Positions 23,641-38,085 of a DNA stretch of 64,000 nt are shown piece by piece. Location: assembly GCF_018977255.1 (NCBI RefSeq), contig NW_024704771.1, forward strand, positions 3,906,001 to 3,970,000, given 5' to 3'. The notes under the pieces are model-generated. The model did not search any database, was not told the origin of the DNA, and saw only the letters and a list, made by a program, of their open reading frames with translations. Numbering within the stretch: position 1 is the stretch's first letter; every line of letters starts with the position of its first letter. This DNA is from Callorhinchus milii (lineage: Eukaryota). A program made the position numbers and the translations under genes.

Positions 23641-26600
23641 TTTTGCATTGCTTAAGCAATTTCTCTGCAAAGGGAAAGAGACAAAAGTTAAATTCCCTCG
23701 TAGTTACATACCAACTACTGAATTCTGGACAGCGTTAGGCACAGGTTGGCGAGAGGCAAGGCTGGGGGGGGGAGGGGGTGGAGACCCCAGAGTGTGTGCT
23801 GTGAGGGTGTAACTCACTTCACGGCCTGGCACCTCCCCATCTCTGTGAGCTGCTTCCACCTCACTTCACTACCCACCACCTTTGCTCAGCTGGCTTCCAC
23901 CTCCTTCCTGTCCCTCGTCCTCTCCCTTCCACCAGGGAGGGGAGCAAAGGCACCATCAAAAAGTAACAATATCTATATCGTGCCCCTCACTGTCGTGTTT
24001 GACAGTGGTGGAGCGGGACACCGAGCCTGGGGTGGAGAAGGTAACAGCAAGTATTGTCGAAGAGGAAGGTCACTTCAGGTGTGATCTGAAGATGGGGAAG
24101 GGGGCAAGGCGGAGGAATAGAGGGAGATTGTGCCAGAGATTTGGGGCATAGTGGCTGAAAACGCAGCCACAGATAATAGAAGAGGGCACGATGGACAAGC
24201 AGGTGGTCGGAGCCGGTCGAGTGAGTGGAGCCAGCGGGTTGAGGGTAAGTAGACCCGAGAGGTAGGGAGGTGCCAAGGCATGAAGGGATTTGAAGATGAG
24301 CGTGAGGATCGATCTGTTCAGTGACAGGGAGCCAGTGGAGCCTGGCTAAAAACCCATCGAAGTGGAGGGTCTTGAGACATGCCTTAAAAGAGGCAAAGAA
24401 GAGAGCGAGTCAGAGGGACTGTGCGATAGACTTCCAAAGGGTGGGGCAGAGAGGCTGAAAGCCTGACCGCTGATGGTGTGGCGGGCAGGGTGAGGGACAC
24501 GTGGAGCAAGCCGGAGCCCGCTGAGCGGAGGGAGCGGACAGGGAATGCACAGTGAACCCAGAGCTCTCTGAATCCAGGCAGGAGCAGGACTTACTTTGCC
24601 TAATGTGGCTACGCCAAAGAAGTAGTGCTAGTGCTATTACTGTTGCTAAACCACCAATAAGCACAACGATAAAGGCCGTCTTGAAATTCCCGTCATCTTT
24701 CCTGTCATTGATGCTGTATTGGAATTGATCTGCATAGAGAGGGGAGGAGTGGAGAGGTTGGTAGTCAGTTTCTGGAGTAGAATTTACTTAATAATAATAA
24801 TGCTTACATTTGATATAGCGCTTGAGACGACTCAAAGCACCTCGGAGAATATTATGTATCGTGTAGAGATTGTACGTTTTGTGGGTGAAACGCAGCAGCC
24901 AATTGCGCTCAACGGTGTCTCATAAACAGTCGGGGATTGAGAGACCGAATTTTTATTAGTTTTATATTTTTGAAGGGATTATTAATCCCAGAAAAGCAAC
25001 TAAAAACCTGGTTCCTATTTACTGCTGGGCAGACAGAAACTTGCCGGGATTTGAACACACTTTGCAAGTGCTCTAACCACCAAGCTACAGAACTCCACTC
25101 ATTATCAATAATAAAGCTTGCATTTGATATAGAGACTTGTCACGTGATTGAGACGTCTAAAAGCGCTTCACAGGATACACTGTAAAGAGAATCGACTGTA
25201 TATTTTGTGGGTGACACAAAATATAGCCAGTTGCGTACAGCAGTTTCCCACACCCAGTCGTGGATTGAGTGACCAAATGATTTTTTTTTTGTAGGATTAT
25301 TACCGCGAAAAAGCGATCCGCCAATTGCCTCACAACTGGGATCCTACTTACTGCTACATAAACATAGGCGTGTGCGTGGGGTACGGAAACTTTCCTAAGG
25401 TTTCGCCAAGCCGGGGAATTGAACCCAGGTCCTCCCACTTGCCAGGCGAGCGCACTAACCGCTGAGCTACAGACTCTACAATAAAGAGAGTTTCTCAAAC
25501 AGACCTGATAATTGGAAGGCGACGTGTTTCTCTGATCTCAGGAGTTGGTTGTTGATGACGCACACAACTTTGTGGTGAGCGTCTTTCTTCAGCCGAATAA
25601 TTCTCTCCACACGATAAAAACCTTCGTCCGAACGCTCAACCCTCGGAGCATCAGTCAGCAATGGTAACTTATTCGTCTGCTCGTCAAACCACTCCACACT
25701 GGGCTTTGGGTGCCACCTCTCAGACACACACTTCAGCAACACATCCTCGGAGCTGAGATCGATCAGTTTGATAAATGGCTGCTGGCCGACGGCTGCGGAA
25801 ATTAAAGGAAAACTTCAGAAAACGTGTTGCGGAGGTCCAGCAAACCCCAACCCAAATGCTTAATAATTACTTGGTCACTCAATCCACGACTGACTGTGGG
25901 GAAACTGCTGTACCCATTTATCTGCCATGTTTCGTCCACAAAATACATAGTAAATTCACCTTACAGTATATCCTGTGAAGCCCTTTGAGACTTTTCAGTG
26001 GCGTGATAGGCTGCTATAATCAAATGTTATGTCAGATTATTATTATTGTACGCTCAGCCCCAAGGAGACGGCAATAATAATATTCCTTGCATTTCATATA
26101 GCAACTCATCATGTCTTCGAGATGTCTCAAAGGATATACCGTAAGGCGACTTGACTGTGTATATTGTATGCAAATGCGGCAGCCGATTTTGCACAGAGAT
26201 GTTCCACAAACAGTCGTGACCAAAGAAGGCGCTGGACAGTCAAGGATTTGCACACGAGCTGGGAGTTGGGATCAGGATGGGTGGAGGGCAAGGAGGGTGG
26301 GGTCAGAAGGGTGAACGAAGGCAGGGTCAAAGAGAAAGGAGAATTTATCTCACATCCCCAAGAACAAGTCGGTTGCTCTGACCCTCCCCCTCAATAAGGA
26401 CAGGGAATCCTCCCACTCAGTTCCTGTTAACCCTGAAAGCTTAAGGTCTCCAGAATTAGGTCAGCGGGGTGTGACCCTCCAGGGAGAGAGAGCGCATTTC
26501 ATTCCAACAATCTATTCTCCGGGTATTTCCGTGTGTAGGTGGGATGCGTGGAATTCTCATCTTGGTCGGGAGACCCTTGAGCGCGGTGACGGGTTTCCGC

Positions 26601-28097
26601 GGGCGACGGACACCCGGCTGACCAAAAAAAAAAGAGTTAAGTCAAGAACAAGACAAGAAGCTTTCTCTCACCTCCAATTTTCAGGGTAACAGGCGAAGTC
26701 AGGGTTTTGTTGAATTGGTTCACTGAGCAATAATACGTTCCCTCGTCCTTCACAGTCAGGTTCTTTAGCAACAGGGACATTTTTCCGGCAGTGAACGACG
26801 CTGTGAACAGGCTTGTTCTCTGGAAGTAATCCGGATCCTGTCTTTGGAGCTGGTCCCTCCCGTCTCTGTACAAATGGACCGGACGCTCGCGACTGGATCT
26901 GAACCATTGCACCACAATGTCGGCCGCCACCTTCCGGGGCGACAGCTGGCATTCCAGGACTATCTCCTTACCCACCGTGCCCACCATATCGTACCCCGGG
27001 GTGGCCAATATGGGTTCTTCTTCATCATCATCTGGAGGATGTACAAACAGAGGAGCCCGTGAGTGAGAGAGAGAGGCCATTCGGCCCATTGAGTCTCTGC
27101 TGGTGTTAATCCTATCCCCCTGCTCTCTCTCCCCCTCGTGGTGCTCACTTTCCACTCCATCCTGGAGCTCTCGACTCTAACCCTATTCACCTGCTCTTTC
27201 CCCCTCACCCTCATTGTGTCTGTGCTGGTTCTCAGCCCCCAAACCCACACCCCCACACTGGACGCTCTACTCTAACCCAAATCCCCTGCTCTACACCACA
27301 GAAATATTAAAATGTTACTTGATATTAATATATAAAGCATTTTCAGCTCTTTACATCCAGAAACTTTTCAACATCAGGTGAACGTATTTAAAAATATAAC
27401 AACAAAAGATTACATTTACACAGTGCATTTCACATCGGGAGGATGTCCCAAGGGGCTGGACTTTCAGGGATTTGAACCCGAGCAGTGGCTTGGGATCTGG
27501 AGGGGTGGAGGGCAGGGAGGACGGGGGAAGGAGGGTGACTGAAGGCACAGTCTCAAAGAAGAAGGTCTTAGGACGTTCCACGATGGAGGTAAGAGATGGA
27601 GCGAGGCGGGATGGAGTTCCAAAGGGTATTTGCATTAACCTTTCCTTTCGACAATAAAAGCCTTGCATTTGACGCAGCATCTTTCATGGCAAGGGGATGT
27701 CTCAAAGCGTTTCGCAGCCTCTGCTGTAAAGTGTAGTAAGTGTAGTGCAATTCCTAAGCCGGGTTTGCCAGATGAATCGGGCGAGGGGTGTGGGGGGCCG
27801 GATGTGGCCCGCGGGCCGGCAGTTGGACCACTCTGTTCTAGGTGAATGCAGTGGCCCAGTCACTTACAGTAACTTCCCGATGACTTAAATGGTAGTGACT
27901 AGTTAAGCCAGTTTAACGTGGTCATAATCTTGATTATTTTAATATTTACTTGAATATTTTACGGGAAAACGTACGCAGTGTCATATAACGGAAGGACTAT
28001 TATCATTATTATTTCCTCTCCACCCCAAGGCTGACGTCTCACCAGAAGCTGAAGCTCTGCTCAGAAGGACGATGAGAAAGCAGTATTTTAGTCCCAT
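23641..28097 (-). CDS. Butyrophilin-like / B7-family Ig receptor (signal peptide, IgV, IgC, TM, short tail)
   Basis: Signal exon 28097-28043 (MGLKYCFLIVLLSRASAS); IgV 27031-26672 (IVLECQL...VQWFR...PVHLYRDGRDQ...QDPDYFQRTSLF...SLLLKNLTVKDEGTYYC); IgC 25792-25505 (LKCVSERWHPKPSVEW...VVCVINNQLL); TM exon 24729-24595 (AFIVVLIGGLATVIALALLLWR). All introns are phase 1. The tail exon 23664-23641 (KKLLKQCK) is tentative and the stop position is unresolved. Confidence 0.85.
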
Positions 28098-28826
28098 TGT
28101 TGAAAGCTTCACTGCTGCTATTTTCAGTGCGTTCATTACCAGATAAAGCTGTAACAAACAAGAGACATGGAGTTATAGCGCGCACTAAAACCTCTGCTGT
28201 GATAATAATATAATTATAATCCTTGCATTTGATATATGGCCTTATCACGTCTTCAAGTGCTTCAAGGCGGGCAATACACGGCAGTCAATTGCGCACGGCA
28301 GTGTCCCACAAACAACTGTGGATTAAATATACACATATTTTGAATATATATATGTATATATCAAAGCAGTAAGAGCCCCAAATAATCATAATGTGGTCAA
28401 CTCAATCCACGACCGTTCGCTGGACACTGCTGTACACAATTCGCTCCCGAATGTCGCCCAGAAAAGAAAAGTCACTAAACACATTTACGATATATTCCGC
28501 GAAGAGCTTTGAGAGACGTAATGAGGCCCTGTATAAAGTTTCAAGGATCGTTAAAACAAACGGCCCGTTTCTGTGCATTGCCTAATTATTATTCATTTAT
28601 TACGTTATCACTTATTTATCAATGCGCAATTATTGCAAACCCGCGGCCTGTTTCAGTGTATTACGGATCCGCAGCCTGTTTCGGTTTATCAGTTTAAACA
28701 CAGACTCTTCCTGTTTCCTTACGATCTACTTACAAAAGTCACACGTAGGGTGCGGCTGCTCTGGTTGCACAACGTTTTGGCCTGAGGGGCGGTTCGTAAC
28801 GCCCAGGGACCTCCAGAGGCTTGTGT

Positions 28827-28866
<40 letters not shown>

Positions 28867-28989
28867 TGGAGAAAGGGTTAATGACCCTCCGATCTGGCGG
28901 TGGTGGGGAAGAGAGGGAAAGGGAACCACCTCTGACCTTCTCCGCACAAACAGCTCTCAAAACAGAAACCAACGCAGGCTCCGCTGTGC

Positions 28990-30620
28990 AGAGAGGGGAA
29001 CGCCCCCACCCCTTGCAATAAAAAAAACACATGGCACAAGATTCGCTTTTCCAAATGCATCTCCCGGGAAATCGGGGGCAGACATGGCCGGAAGCGCACC
29101 CGCCCGCAGTAACAATGATAATCCTTGTGTTTGATATTCAACAACAACAACAGAATTACATTTGTAAAGCGCCTTTCGCGTCGGGAGGACGTCCCAAGGC
29201 ACTGGACAGACAGGGTTACGGACCCGAGCTGGGAGTGGGGGGGGGGGGGGGGAACCGGGGCGGAGGAGCAATAATAATTTTCATTTATATAGTGCCCTCC
29301 ATCCCAGGCAGTGGGGAAAAACAGGGAGATCGAAAGCCCAGTTGAAGAGGAGGGTCTTGAGGTGGGACTTGAAGGAGGCTTAAGGAGGGGGCGAGGCGGA
29401 GTGACCGGTGGGGGGGTGATGGAATTCCAGAGATTGGGGGGGCAGAGTGGCTGAAGGCTCTCCCGCCAATGGTGGGGCGGGTGGATTGGGGAACGCAGAG
29501 CAAGTCCGAGCCGATTGAGCAGAGGGAACGGGCGGGTTGGTAGGGGGTGAGGATGTCGCGGAGGTAGGGTGGGGGGAGGTACTGCACAACAACAACAACA
29601 ACTTGCGCTTTTCCAATCGCCCGCCACGCAGGGCAGTGTCTCAGAACGCTTAGCAGCGGTGGAGCCTGACAGTGGTGGCTGTAAACACGGTCGAAGAGGA
29701 AGATTAGAGTTAGGGTTAGGCTGGACTTGAAACAGGGGAGAGAGGGGGCAAGACGGAGGGACTGAGGGAGAGCGTTCCAGAGCGTTTCGGGGCGTAGTGG
29801 CTGAAAGCCCAACCTCCGATGGTGGGCGGAGGGCGCGAAGGACGAGCAGGAGGCCGGTGCCAGTCGAATGGAGGTGCCGGGTGGTGGATCGGGGAGTGAG
29901 GATGTCGGAGAGATAGGGATGGGTACCAGAGAGTGAAGGGATTTGAACCCAAGTGTGAGGATCTTGAAGTCGATCCATTCGGTGATGAGGGGCCAGTGGA
30001 GCCCGGACCAGAACTGGTGAGATGTGGGGACGGAGTTTGGTCCGGATCAGTATGCAGCGGCAGAGTTCTGAATGAACTGGATCTCTTGAATAGTGGAGCT
30101 GCAGAGACCGGGCGAGGAGTGCGATGGAGTGTGCACGAGGGTTTCGGGTACGGTAGAATTGTGTGTCGGGGCGGGGGGGGGGGTGTGGGGGGTTTGGGAT
30201 CAGGGAAGTTGGAGGGCAGGAGGATTCCCGAAGGCGCGGTTGAAGAGGAGGTGCCGTGAAAGAGGGCAAGGAGGAAGCAAGGCGAAGGGATTGTGGGGAT
30301 GAAGTTCCAGAGGGTGGGGGGGGTAGGGAGCCTGAAGGCCGGACCACCGATGGCGGGTGGTATGGAACAGGTAGGGGTCTGCTGAGCGGAGGGCGTGGAC
30401 AGGTTGATAAGGGGTTAGCAGGTCGGGGAGGTAGGAGGGGGGCAAGGCCATGGAGGGTCTTGAAAGCGAGGATGAGGATTCTGAACTGGATCCTCTGAGG
30501 GATGGGGAGCCCTCCGGGCGAGGAGGGGTAATGACGGGGGTCACAGAGCCTGATGCGGAGAGAGGACACGAGCTGCACAGTTCTGGATGATCTGCAGCTC
30601 GTGGAGATAAGCGTTGGGAA
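28990..30620 (-). mobile_element. Cluster of degenerate L2 3' fragments
   Basis: Repeated [27 protein letters not shown] and LWNALPQSLRLA motifs in shifting frames. Confidence 0.8.
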
Positions 30621-31204
30621 GGTCAGCTTCAAGACATCTCAAAGCGCTTCACGGAATATACTGTAAAGTGTAGCGACTGTGTGTTTTGTGGTCAAAGCAC
30701 TGGCAGCCAATTGCGCAGAGCAGTGTGCCACAAACTCTCGTGGATTGAGTGACCAAGTTATTGTTTTTTTTGAAGGGATTATTTTCCCGTTAATTGACTA
30801 ACAACCTGGTCGATAAACAGAGGCGTACGGGGTAAGGAAACTTGCCTCGGGTTTCAACCTGCCTGGGAATCGAACCTGGATCCTCTCGTTTGCGAGGCGG
30901 GTGCTCTAACCTCTTTGCTACAGGTCTCCCATGTAGGCAAGATCTTCTCGATCGTGGAGTCCTGTAACTCAGAGGTTAGAGCGCTCGCCTCGCAAGCGAG
31001 AGGATCTGGCTTCCATTCCTAGGCAGGGCCAAATGTTGGCCAAGTTTTCTTGCTCAACACTCGGTTTACTTGGCAATAAGTAGGAACTCGGTTCTTAGTC
31101 AATCGGTGGACACCCGCGCACCACACTCGCACCCACACCCTCTCCCCCCCCCACCCCCACGCACTCACTGACTCCCCTTCCCCCTCACGCAACTCCAGCT
31201 GATG

Positions 31205-31440
31205 TTCTCCTCAGCAGAAGCCTCCAGGGTTTGGGTGACCAGCCCAGTGCCAATAGTGCAGCTCCTCTTCAACATATCTATACGTTCCCTCTTGGTGACA
31301 TCATCCGCAGACCTGGGGTCAGCTTCCACATGTACGCGGACGACACCCAACACTATACTTCTGCCTCCATCCGCTATTCCAGCACCGCTCGCTGTTCTGG
31401 CAGAATGTCTGTCAGACATCAAGTCCTGGATGAGAGCCAA
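31205..31440 (+). mobile_element. L2 RT catalytic fragment
   Basis: PLGDIIRRPGVSFHMYADDTQHY (YADD motif). Confidence 0.8.
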
Positions 31441-33755
31441 CGTCAGTACCTCCAGACCTCAGGTGGCTGAAGGCTCTCCCGCCAGTGATGGGGCGGGTGG
31501 GTCGGGGGACATGGAGCAGGCCAGAGCCGGCTGAGCGGAGGGAATGGGCGGGTTGGTAGGCGGTTAGGAGGTCGCAGAGGTAGGGTATGTGAGGACCGGG
31601 ATCTTGATCTGGATCCTCTGAAGGATAGGGAGTCAGTGGAGTCGGGGGAGATGGGGTTACGGAATTTGGTGCGGGAGAGGACATGGGCTGCAGAGTTCTG
31701 GATTATCTGCAGCGTGTGGAGGGAGGAGTTGGGGAGGTGATGAAGGCATGAACAACAGTTTCAGCAGCCTGAGAGGTGAGGTAGTGGCGGATGTTGAGGG
31801 AAGGCAGAGCGGGCCATGGCTTGAATGTTGGGGAGCAAAGACAGTTTAGGGTCGAACAAGACACCTGGGTCGCTGACTGGCTGGCGAGTTGTAGTGTGCA
31901 ACCATGGAGGTTGATGCAGCCCAGAGCTCTCCCCCCGCACTAGGCTCCGTGACCCTATCGGCCCCACCATCATCCGACTCTACTGGTTTCCCGTCACACA
32001 GGCTCAACGTGACACAATGGACACAATCGTTCACATCCCTATCTTTCCCTGAGGATATGTTTTCTTTCAGCACATCCCCCCACCGGGTCAACAAAAACTA
32101 GCACTTATGGAGCAATCCATCACACAGGATAACGTCTCAGATTGCTTGACATTAGCCTTGGGGCCTCTCGCTTCAGAGGCCAACGCGTGGTCCACTGCAC
32201 TGAAGGATGCCACAGATAGAGGAAGAGTGTTTGAGAGTTTAAGGACACGGGAACTGAAAGCACAGACAATGATGGTGGAACAAGCGCACGACCTTTCACG
32301 TCCTCCATCGCAGTTCTCAATGCCCTATTAGATTATAATATCTTCTCTCCTCTCAACCCTCTGCGCTCTGCTTAAAAAGCACAGCCGTGTGGCATCCATT
32401 TTTATGTCCTTCAACCCGACTTCACAGGTCAAATTTCTTGCTATTGTTCTCTTTGGTTAAATGCACACCACACGCCTACACGGCGCATTTGTAGAATAAT
32501 ATAATCCTTGCGTTTGATACGGCTCTTTCTCACCTCTCCGAGACGTCTCGGAGCACTTCACAGAAGTCACCGTAAAGTGAATCGACTGTATACTTTTGAG
32601 ATGCAAAGCGGAAGCCAATCGCAGTGGCACTCCACAAACAGGCGTTGGGTTGAGTGACCACTAACTGCGAGATGAACAGAGCCCTGTGCAAATCTGCCTG
32701 ATGTATAAAAAGGGAGAGGTTATGTTTCAAGTCACTTTTGTTTTAACCCCCTCATTCTCCCCCAATCCCAATGGTCTTCCCACGGGCTCCCACCCCCCGG
32801 CTATCGCTGTTAAGTGCTTTGAGATGTTTCCGAACCGAGTAAACAACCGACCAGGCTCCGGATGCCCTTAAATCTTTAGCTTTGAGGCCTGTGTAGAGGG
32901 AAACTTTATTGTGACATTAACTTCCTCTGTTAGCTTTCTGCAAATCTGTAGTGAGCGTTGAAGCAAGTCGCTCACACACCTTTCACAGCGCTTTTCTTTT
33001 TCACACACCGTTGTGGCTCAACAACAATTTCTAAGCCCTGCGTGAAGGGTTAGCGTCTCAGAGAGCTTGACAGTGCAGACCATGATCCCAGGACGGGGGA
33101 AGGATCTGAAGATAATAATAACCTTTGCCTGTGATACAGCACCACATCACATCGTCAAAATGTCTCAAAACGCCTCAAAGAGTATACTGTAAAGTGAATT
33201 GACTGCGTATTTTGCGGGAGAAACCCGGCAGCTAATTGCACACAGCGGTGGCCCACCAACAGTTGTGGATGGATTGAGTGACCAAATTATTATTTTTCAT
33301 TTTTTTTTGACTAACAATCGACTAAACAACCGGGTTCCTGCTTATTGCGAGGTAAACAGAGGGGTGCGGGGTAAGGAAACTTGCCCAACATTTCGCACCT
33401 GTCCAGGAATCAACCTCAAGTCCTCTCGCTTGCGAAGCAGGTGCTCTAACGGATACGCTACAGGACTCCACATCCTGTGAAACGCTTTGAGATGTCTTGA
33501 TGACATGATAAGGATATCATTTACTGGAGACTGCGGAGAGTTCGATGCCTACATAAAGGGGTGGCTGAGCCCTGTGGAAGCTCTGGCTCTGTGTCTTTCT
33601 GTTGCCCAGACTGTCAAGGATCAGGGACCTGCTCTTAACGCCTCATCTGAAGGGCAGCACCTCCGACAATGCGATGGTCCCTCAGCGATGCATTGCCTAA
33701 TTTTACGCTCTTCAAGATGCTATTCTGCATGAAGGGCGCTGCAGTATAAAGGATA

Positions 33756-34110
33756 ATGCCGTTGATTGAGAGGATACAGAGGAGGGCAATAAGAATGATT
33801 GAGGGGATGGAGAGACTGGACCATGAGCAGCGACTAGTTAAACTGGGCATGTTCACGCTGGAGATGAGAAGGTCGAGGGACGATATGATTGTGGCCTTTA
33901 AGATTCTAAAGGGACTAAATAACGTAGGACATGATCAGCTGTTTTATCTTGTACTGAATAACGGAACCAGAGGACACGGCCTGCGATTGAAGGGGGTAAA
34001 TTCAGAACAAATCTGCGGAAACATTACTTCAGTGAGCGAGGAGTAAAAGTGCGGAACGGGAGATGGTTGAAGCAGAAAGTGTCGATTCTTTGAAGAACAA
34101 ATGAAATAGA
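33756..34110 (+). mobile_element. CR1 LINE 3' fragment
   Basis: IERIQRRAIRMIEGMERLDHEQRLVKLGMFTLEMRRSRDDMIVAFKILKG...TRGHGLRL is the CR1 ORF2 C-terminus. Confidence 0.85.
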
Positions 34111-37100
34111 TCTTGTGTCAGTCAGCAAGTCCCGTGGCTCAGCGGTGAGAGCGCTCGCCTCTCAAGCGAGAGGACACAGAGGAGGGGAAACCCAGAATAT
34201 TGCTAAATATTGCTGAATTTTATTATTCCGGAAGCATTGTCAATGGGAGGAAGTAAGGAGTGAGTGGGGACTCTTGTTTCCAAATTGCTTCATTCCGCAC
34301 CACACAGGATGAGGCAAACAGAATCTCCAGTACAAATCAGATACACACCCATTTCCCCACAGCCGGTTCTAAAACCGTGGTATTATATGTATTGGATCTT
34401 CTCCACCCTCTCTGTTCCCTGTAGACCTTGTTCGCAGAGATCTCAGTACGTTGCTGACTGCCTGGTTCAGTCACTCGCACTCTCCTTTGATGTAGTGCCT
34501 TCAAGAGTCTCAAAGCGCTTCACATAATACACTGTAAAGTGAATCGACTGTGTATTTTTGGGGAACTCCGCTCTGCACAATTCGCTGCCATGTTTCGCCC
34601 ACAAAATATATAGTCAGGATACGGTTGAGGGTCAAACAAGACCCCAAGTTCTTAACCGGCTCAGTGAGTGTTTAGGGAGGGTTTAACAACTGGAACCTTT
34701 GCAGTGGACTCTTGGCTCTACGTTCAGTAACTGCTGTTGAAATGTCACTAACAGGAAATTAAAATTAATTGACATAGCAGTCGAAACACAAAAATATCAA
34801 TCTCATTTTACATTGCTCAGCCAAGTTACAGTGATCCTACATTTAAAACTCCTCAAATAAACTTTTGTCACTGCGAGGAAAAAAAGAACATCAATTCAAT
34901 TCTTTTGCCGACATTTAAGTTTGATCACTTCATTTGACTTTGAAGTCACTGTACATTATCTACCATTGCGAAAATGTTACAAGAATAAGTGACACTAACT
35001 TTCAGCCCACAATGAGAGCTTTCAGACAACTACAAAAATTATTTTTTTTAAAAATGCTGACGTGAGCCAACAACGTACCAGACTCTGGACTCCCTGAAAT
35101 GTCGACTGTTTGCTCTTGAGGCCAGTTAGAGAGAACGTTAACTTCCTCGTTATCGTTCTGTACGGAGTCGGAGTCGCCAATCCGTAGTGTTCAGCAGAAA
35201 CAAACTGCTCACAAACAGCGCCTCTCACAGATCGGGTTAGAAACCTTCAGCAAAGTTTCCTTACTCCACACGTAGGAAGCCGGTTGCTCTAATAATAATC
35301 CTTGCATTTGATATAGCACCTCATAATAATAATAATAATAATCCTTGCATTTGATATAGCGCTTTTCACGTCGGGAGGACGTCCCAAAGCGCTTCACAGA
35401 ATAGACTGTAAAGTGAATTGACTGTACATTTTGTGGGCGAACGCGGCAGCCAATTGCACGCATCAGTGCCCCACAGTCGCGGATTGAGTGACCAAATTAT
35501 TATTACTATTATTTGGGGGGGGGTGGGGGAGGAGCGATTTTTACCCTCAAAAAACGATCCGCTGATCCTACTTACTGCAAAGCTGAACAGAGGCGTGTGG
35601 GGTAAGGAAACTTACCTAAGGTTTCGCCCCTCCCGGGAATCGAACCTGCATCGTCTCGCTTGCGAGGCGAGGGCGCTAAGCACTGCGCTACAAGTTTCCA
35701 CCGAGGGACCCATCGAGCCAGTTGTGAAAGAGGACATGGGAGTCCGAGGCGATCGGAAGCTTGTGAATGGAGACAGCTGAGAAAGATGTCGAAGAATATA
35801 CAGCACAGAAACAGGTTACTCGACCCAACCGGTGGTGTTTATATTCCACACGAGTCTCCACCCACTCCTTACTCCCCTCCCATTGACAACACGTACATAC
35901 AGTGTGAAAAAACCCAGTGTGGATATGATCGCAACCCCCCCCCCAGCTCACAGTCCAAACCCCTGACTTTCCAGCACTGCGGGTGGGACGTGCGGCTAAA
36001 GAATCTGAGTGTGAAGGATGCCTCTTTTAACCAGAAGTAAGCAGGAACCTGGTTGTGAGTTGGTTGGCAGATCGCTTTCTGGGGGGGTGATCAACCCTGC
36101 GAGAAAAAAAAAATAATAATAACTCGGTCACTGAATCCACAACCGTTTGTGAATCACTGCTGTGCGCAATTGGCCGCCACATTTTGCCCACGAGTATATA
36201 CAGTCAATTCACGTTACAGTATATTCTGTGAAGCGCGTGGAATTATACAGCACAGAAGGAGGCCATTCGGCCCATCGTGCTGGTGTCAGCTCTTTGAAAG
36301 ATCTATTCGAATTAATCCCACTTCCCCGCGCTCTCCCCATAGTCCCGCAAATCTGCCCTCCCCAAACCCCCAAACGCATTTGAGACGGTGGTTGACTTGA
36401 TAAGGCACAATATCGAATCCAACAACAACAAAATTACATTTGTGTCGCGCCTTTCACATGGGGCGGCCGGACCAAGGCCCTGAACAATCAGCGTTTCGGA
36501 ACCGAGCTGGGGGTTGGAGTCGGGGAGGGTAGAGAGAGGGAGGGAGGGGGCGAGGCAGAGGGACTGCGGGATGGAGTTCCAGAGGTTGGGGACAGAGTAG
36601 GCAGAAGGCCCACCTGGCGAGGGTGGGGCTACATCAGAGATGTGTGGAATAAGGAAATCCGGCTAAGGTTTGACCCCGGCCAGGAATCGATTAGTGTGGA
36701 AAGGAGGACGATCAAAGGCACAACTGAAGAGGAGGGTCTTGAGATGGATCGTGAAAGAGGCAAGGGAGGGGCAAGGCAGAGGGACTGTGGGATGGAGCTC
36801 CAGAGGGTAGGGGCAGAGCGGCTGAAGGCCTGCTTGACAATGGTGAGCCGGGGCGAGGCAGGGGGACGTGATGCAGGCCGGAGCCCACTGAACGGAGGGC
36901 GTGGGCAGGATGGTAGGGGGTAAGGAGGTCACGGAGGTAGGGGGGGGAAGCAAGCCATGGAGGACTTTGAAGGTGAGGACCAGGATCTTGAACGGTATCC
37001 TCTGTGTGATGGGAAGCCAGTGGAGTCGGGCGAGGGTGGGGGTGATAGGGTCACGGAGCCTTTTGTGGGAGAGGGAATGGGCTCCAGAGTTCTGGATGAT

Positions 37101-38085
37101 CTGCGGAGTTGGGGAGGCCGACTAGTAAAGAGCTTTGCATAGTCAAGCCTCGCTGTAAGGAAAGCCTGTATGAGGCTTTCGGGGACCTGCGGTGTGACAC
37201 TGTGGTGGAGCCGCGCGATTTTGCAGAAGTGTGGAAAAGGCAGAGCGGGTTATGGCACAGATTTGTGGTAGAAAGGATAGTTGAGGGTCAAACAAGGTGC
37301 CAAGGTTCCGGACTGGAGACACCAACAAAACCAACAACAAAATTGCATTTGTAAAGCCCCTTTTACGTCGGGAGGACTTCGCAAAGCGCTGGATAGTTTT
37401 GGACCCGAGCTGGGGTGGGGGGGGAGGGGGGGGGTCGGAGTGGGGGAGAGGAGGAGGGCAGTGGGGGGGGGGAAGCAGGGAGATCGAAAGCCCGGTCGAA
37501 GAGGAGGGTCTTGAGTAGGCAGAAGGTCCGCCCAATTAGTGGGGCTACATCAGAGATGTGTGGAATAAGGAAATCCGGCTAAGGCTTGACCCCGGCCAAG
37601 AATCAACCCCGGGTCCACTCGCTTGCGAGGCGAGTGCGTTAACCACGGCGCTCCGAGACTCCGCAACCTTCCGACTCAAGAGGCGAGAGAGTGCGACCAC
37701 CTGAGCCAGACTGACCGACCCACCCACCCACTCAACCAACCAACCAACCAATCAATCAACCAACCAACCAATCAATCAACTAATCAAGCAATCAATCTAT
37801 CTATCTATCAACCNNNNNNNNNNNNNNNNNNNNNNNNNNNNNNNNNNNNNNNNNNNNNNNNNNNNNNNNNNNNNNNNNNNNNNNNNNNNNNNNNNNNNNN
37901 NNNNNNNNNNNNNNNNNNNNNNNNNNNNNNNNNNNNNNNNNNNNNNNNNNNNNNNNNNNNNNNNNNNNNNNNNNNNNNNNNNNNNNNNNNNNNNNCTAAC
38001 CAACCAATCAACCAACCAATCAATCCTTGTAGGAATTACTATTGGTCCATTTGGAAAACGTATTGGTTGTGGGGGGGGGAACAAG

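Noticed and set aside
28878-30632. 584-aa ORF as a novel proline-rich protein
   Set aside because: It is an off-frame read through stacked, degenerate L2 fragments; LINE motifs appear in other frames.
31985-32340. Hidden coding exon in the unique sequence between the two butyrophilins
   Set aside because: The frames checked give short reads with stops and no recognisable motif; left unannotated.
34261-34500. Extra butyrophilin IgC exon on the minus strand (SCVVRN-like string)
   Set aside because: All minus-strand frames checked are interrupted by stops, no first Ig cysteine/Trp motif is present, and part of the region matches a repeat also seen near 35850.
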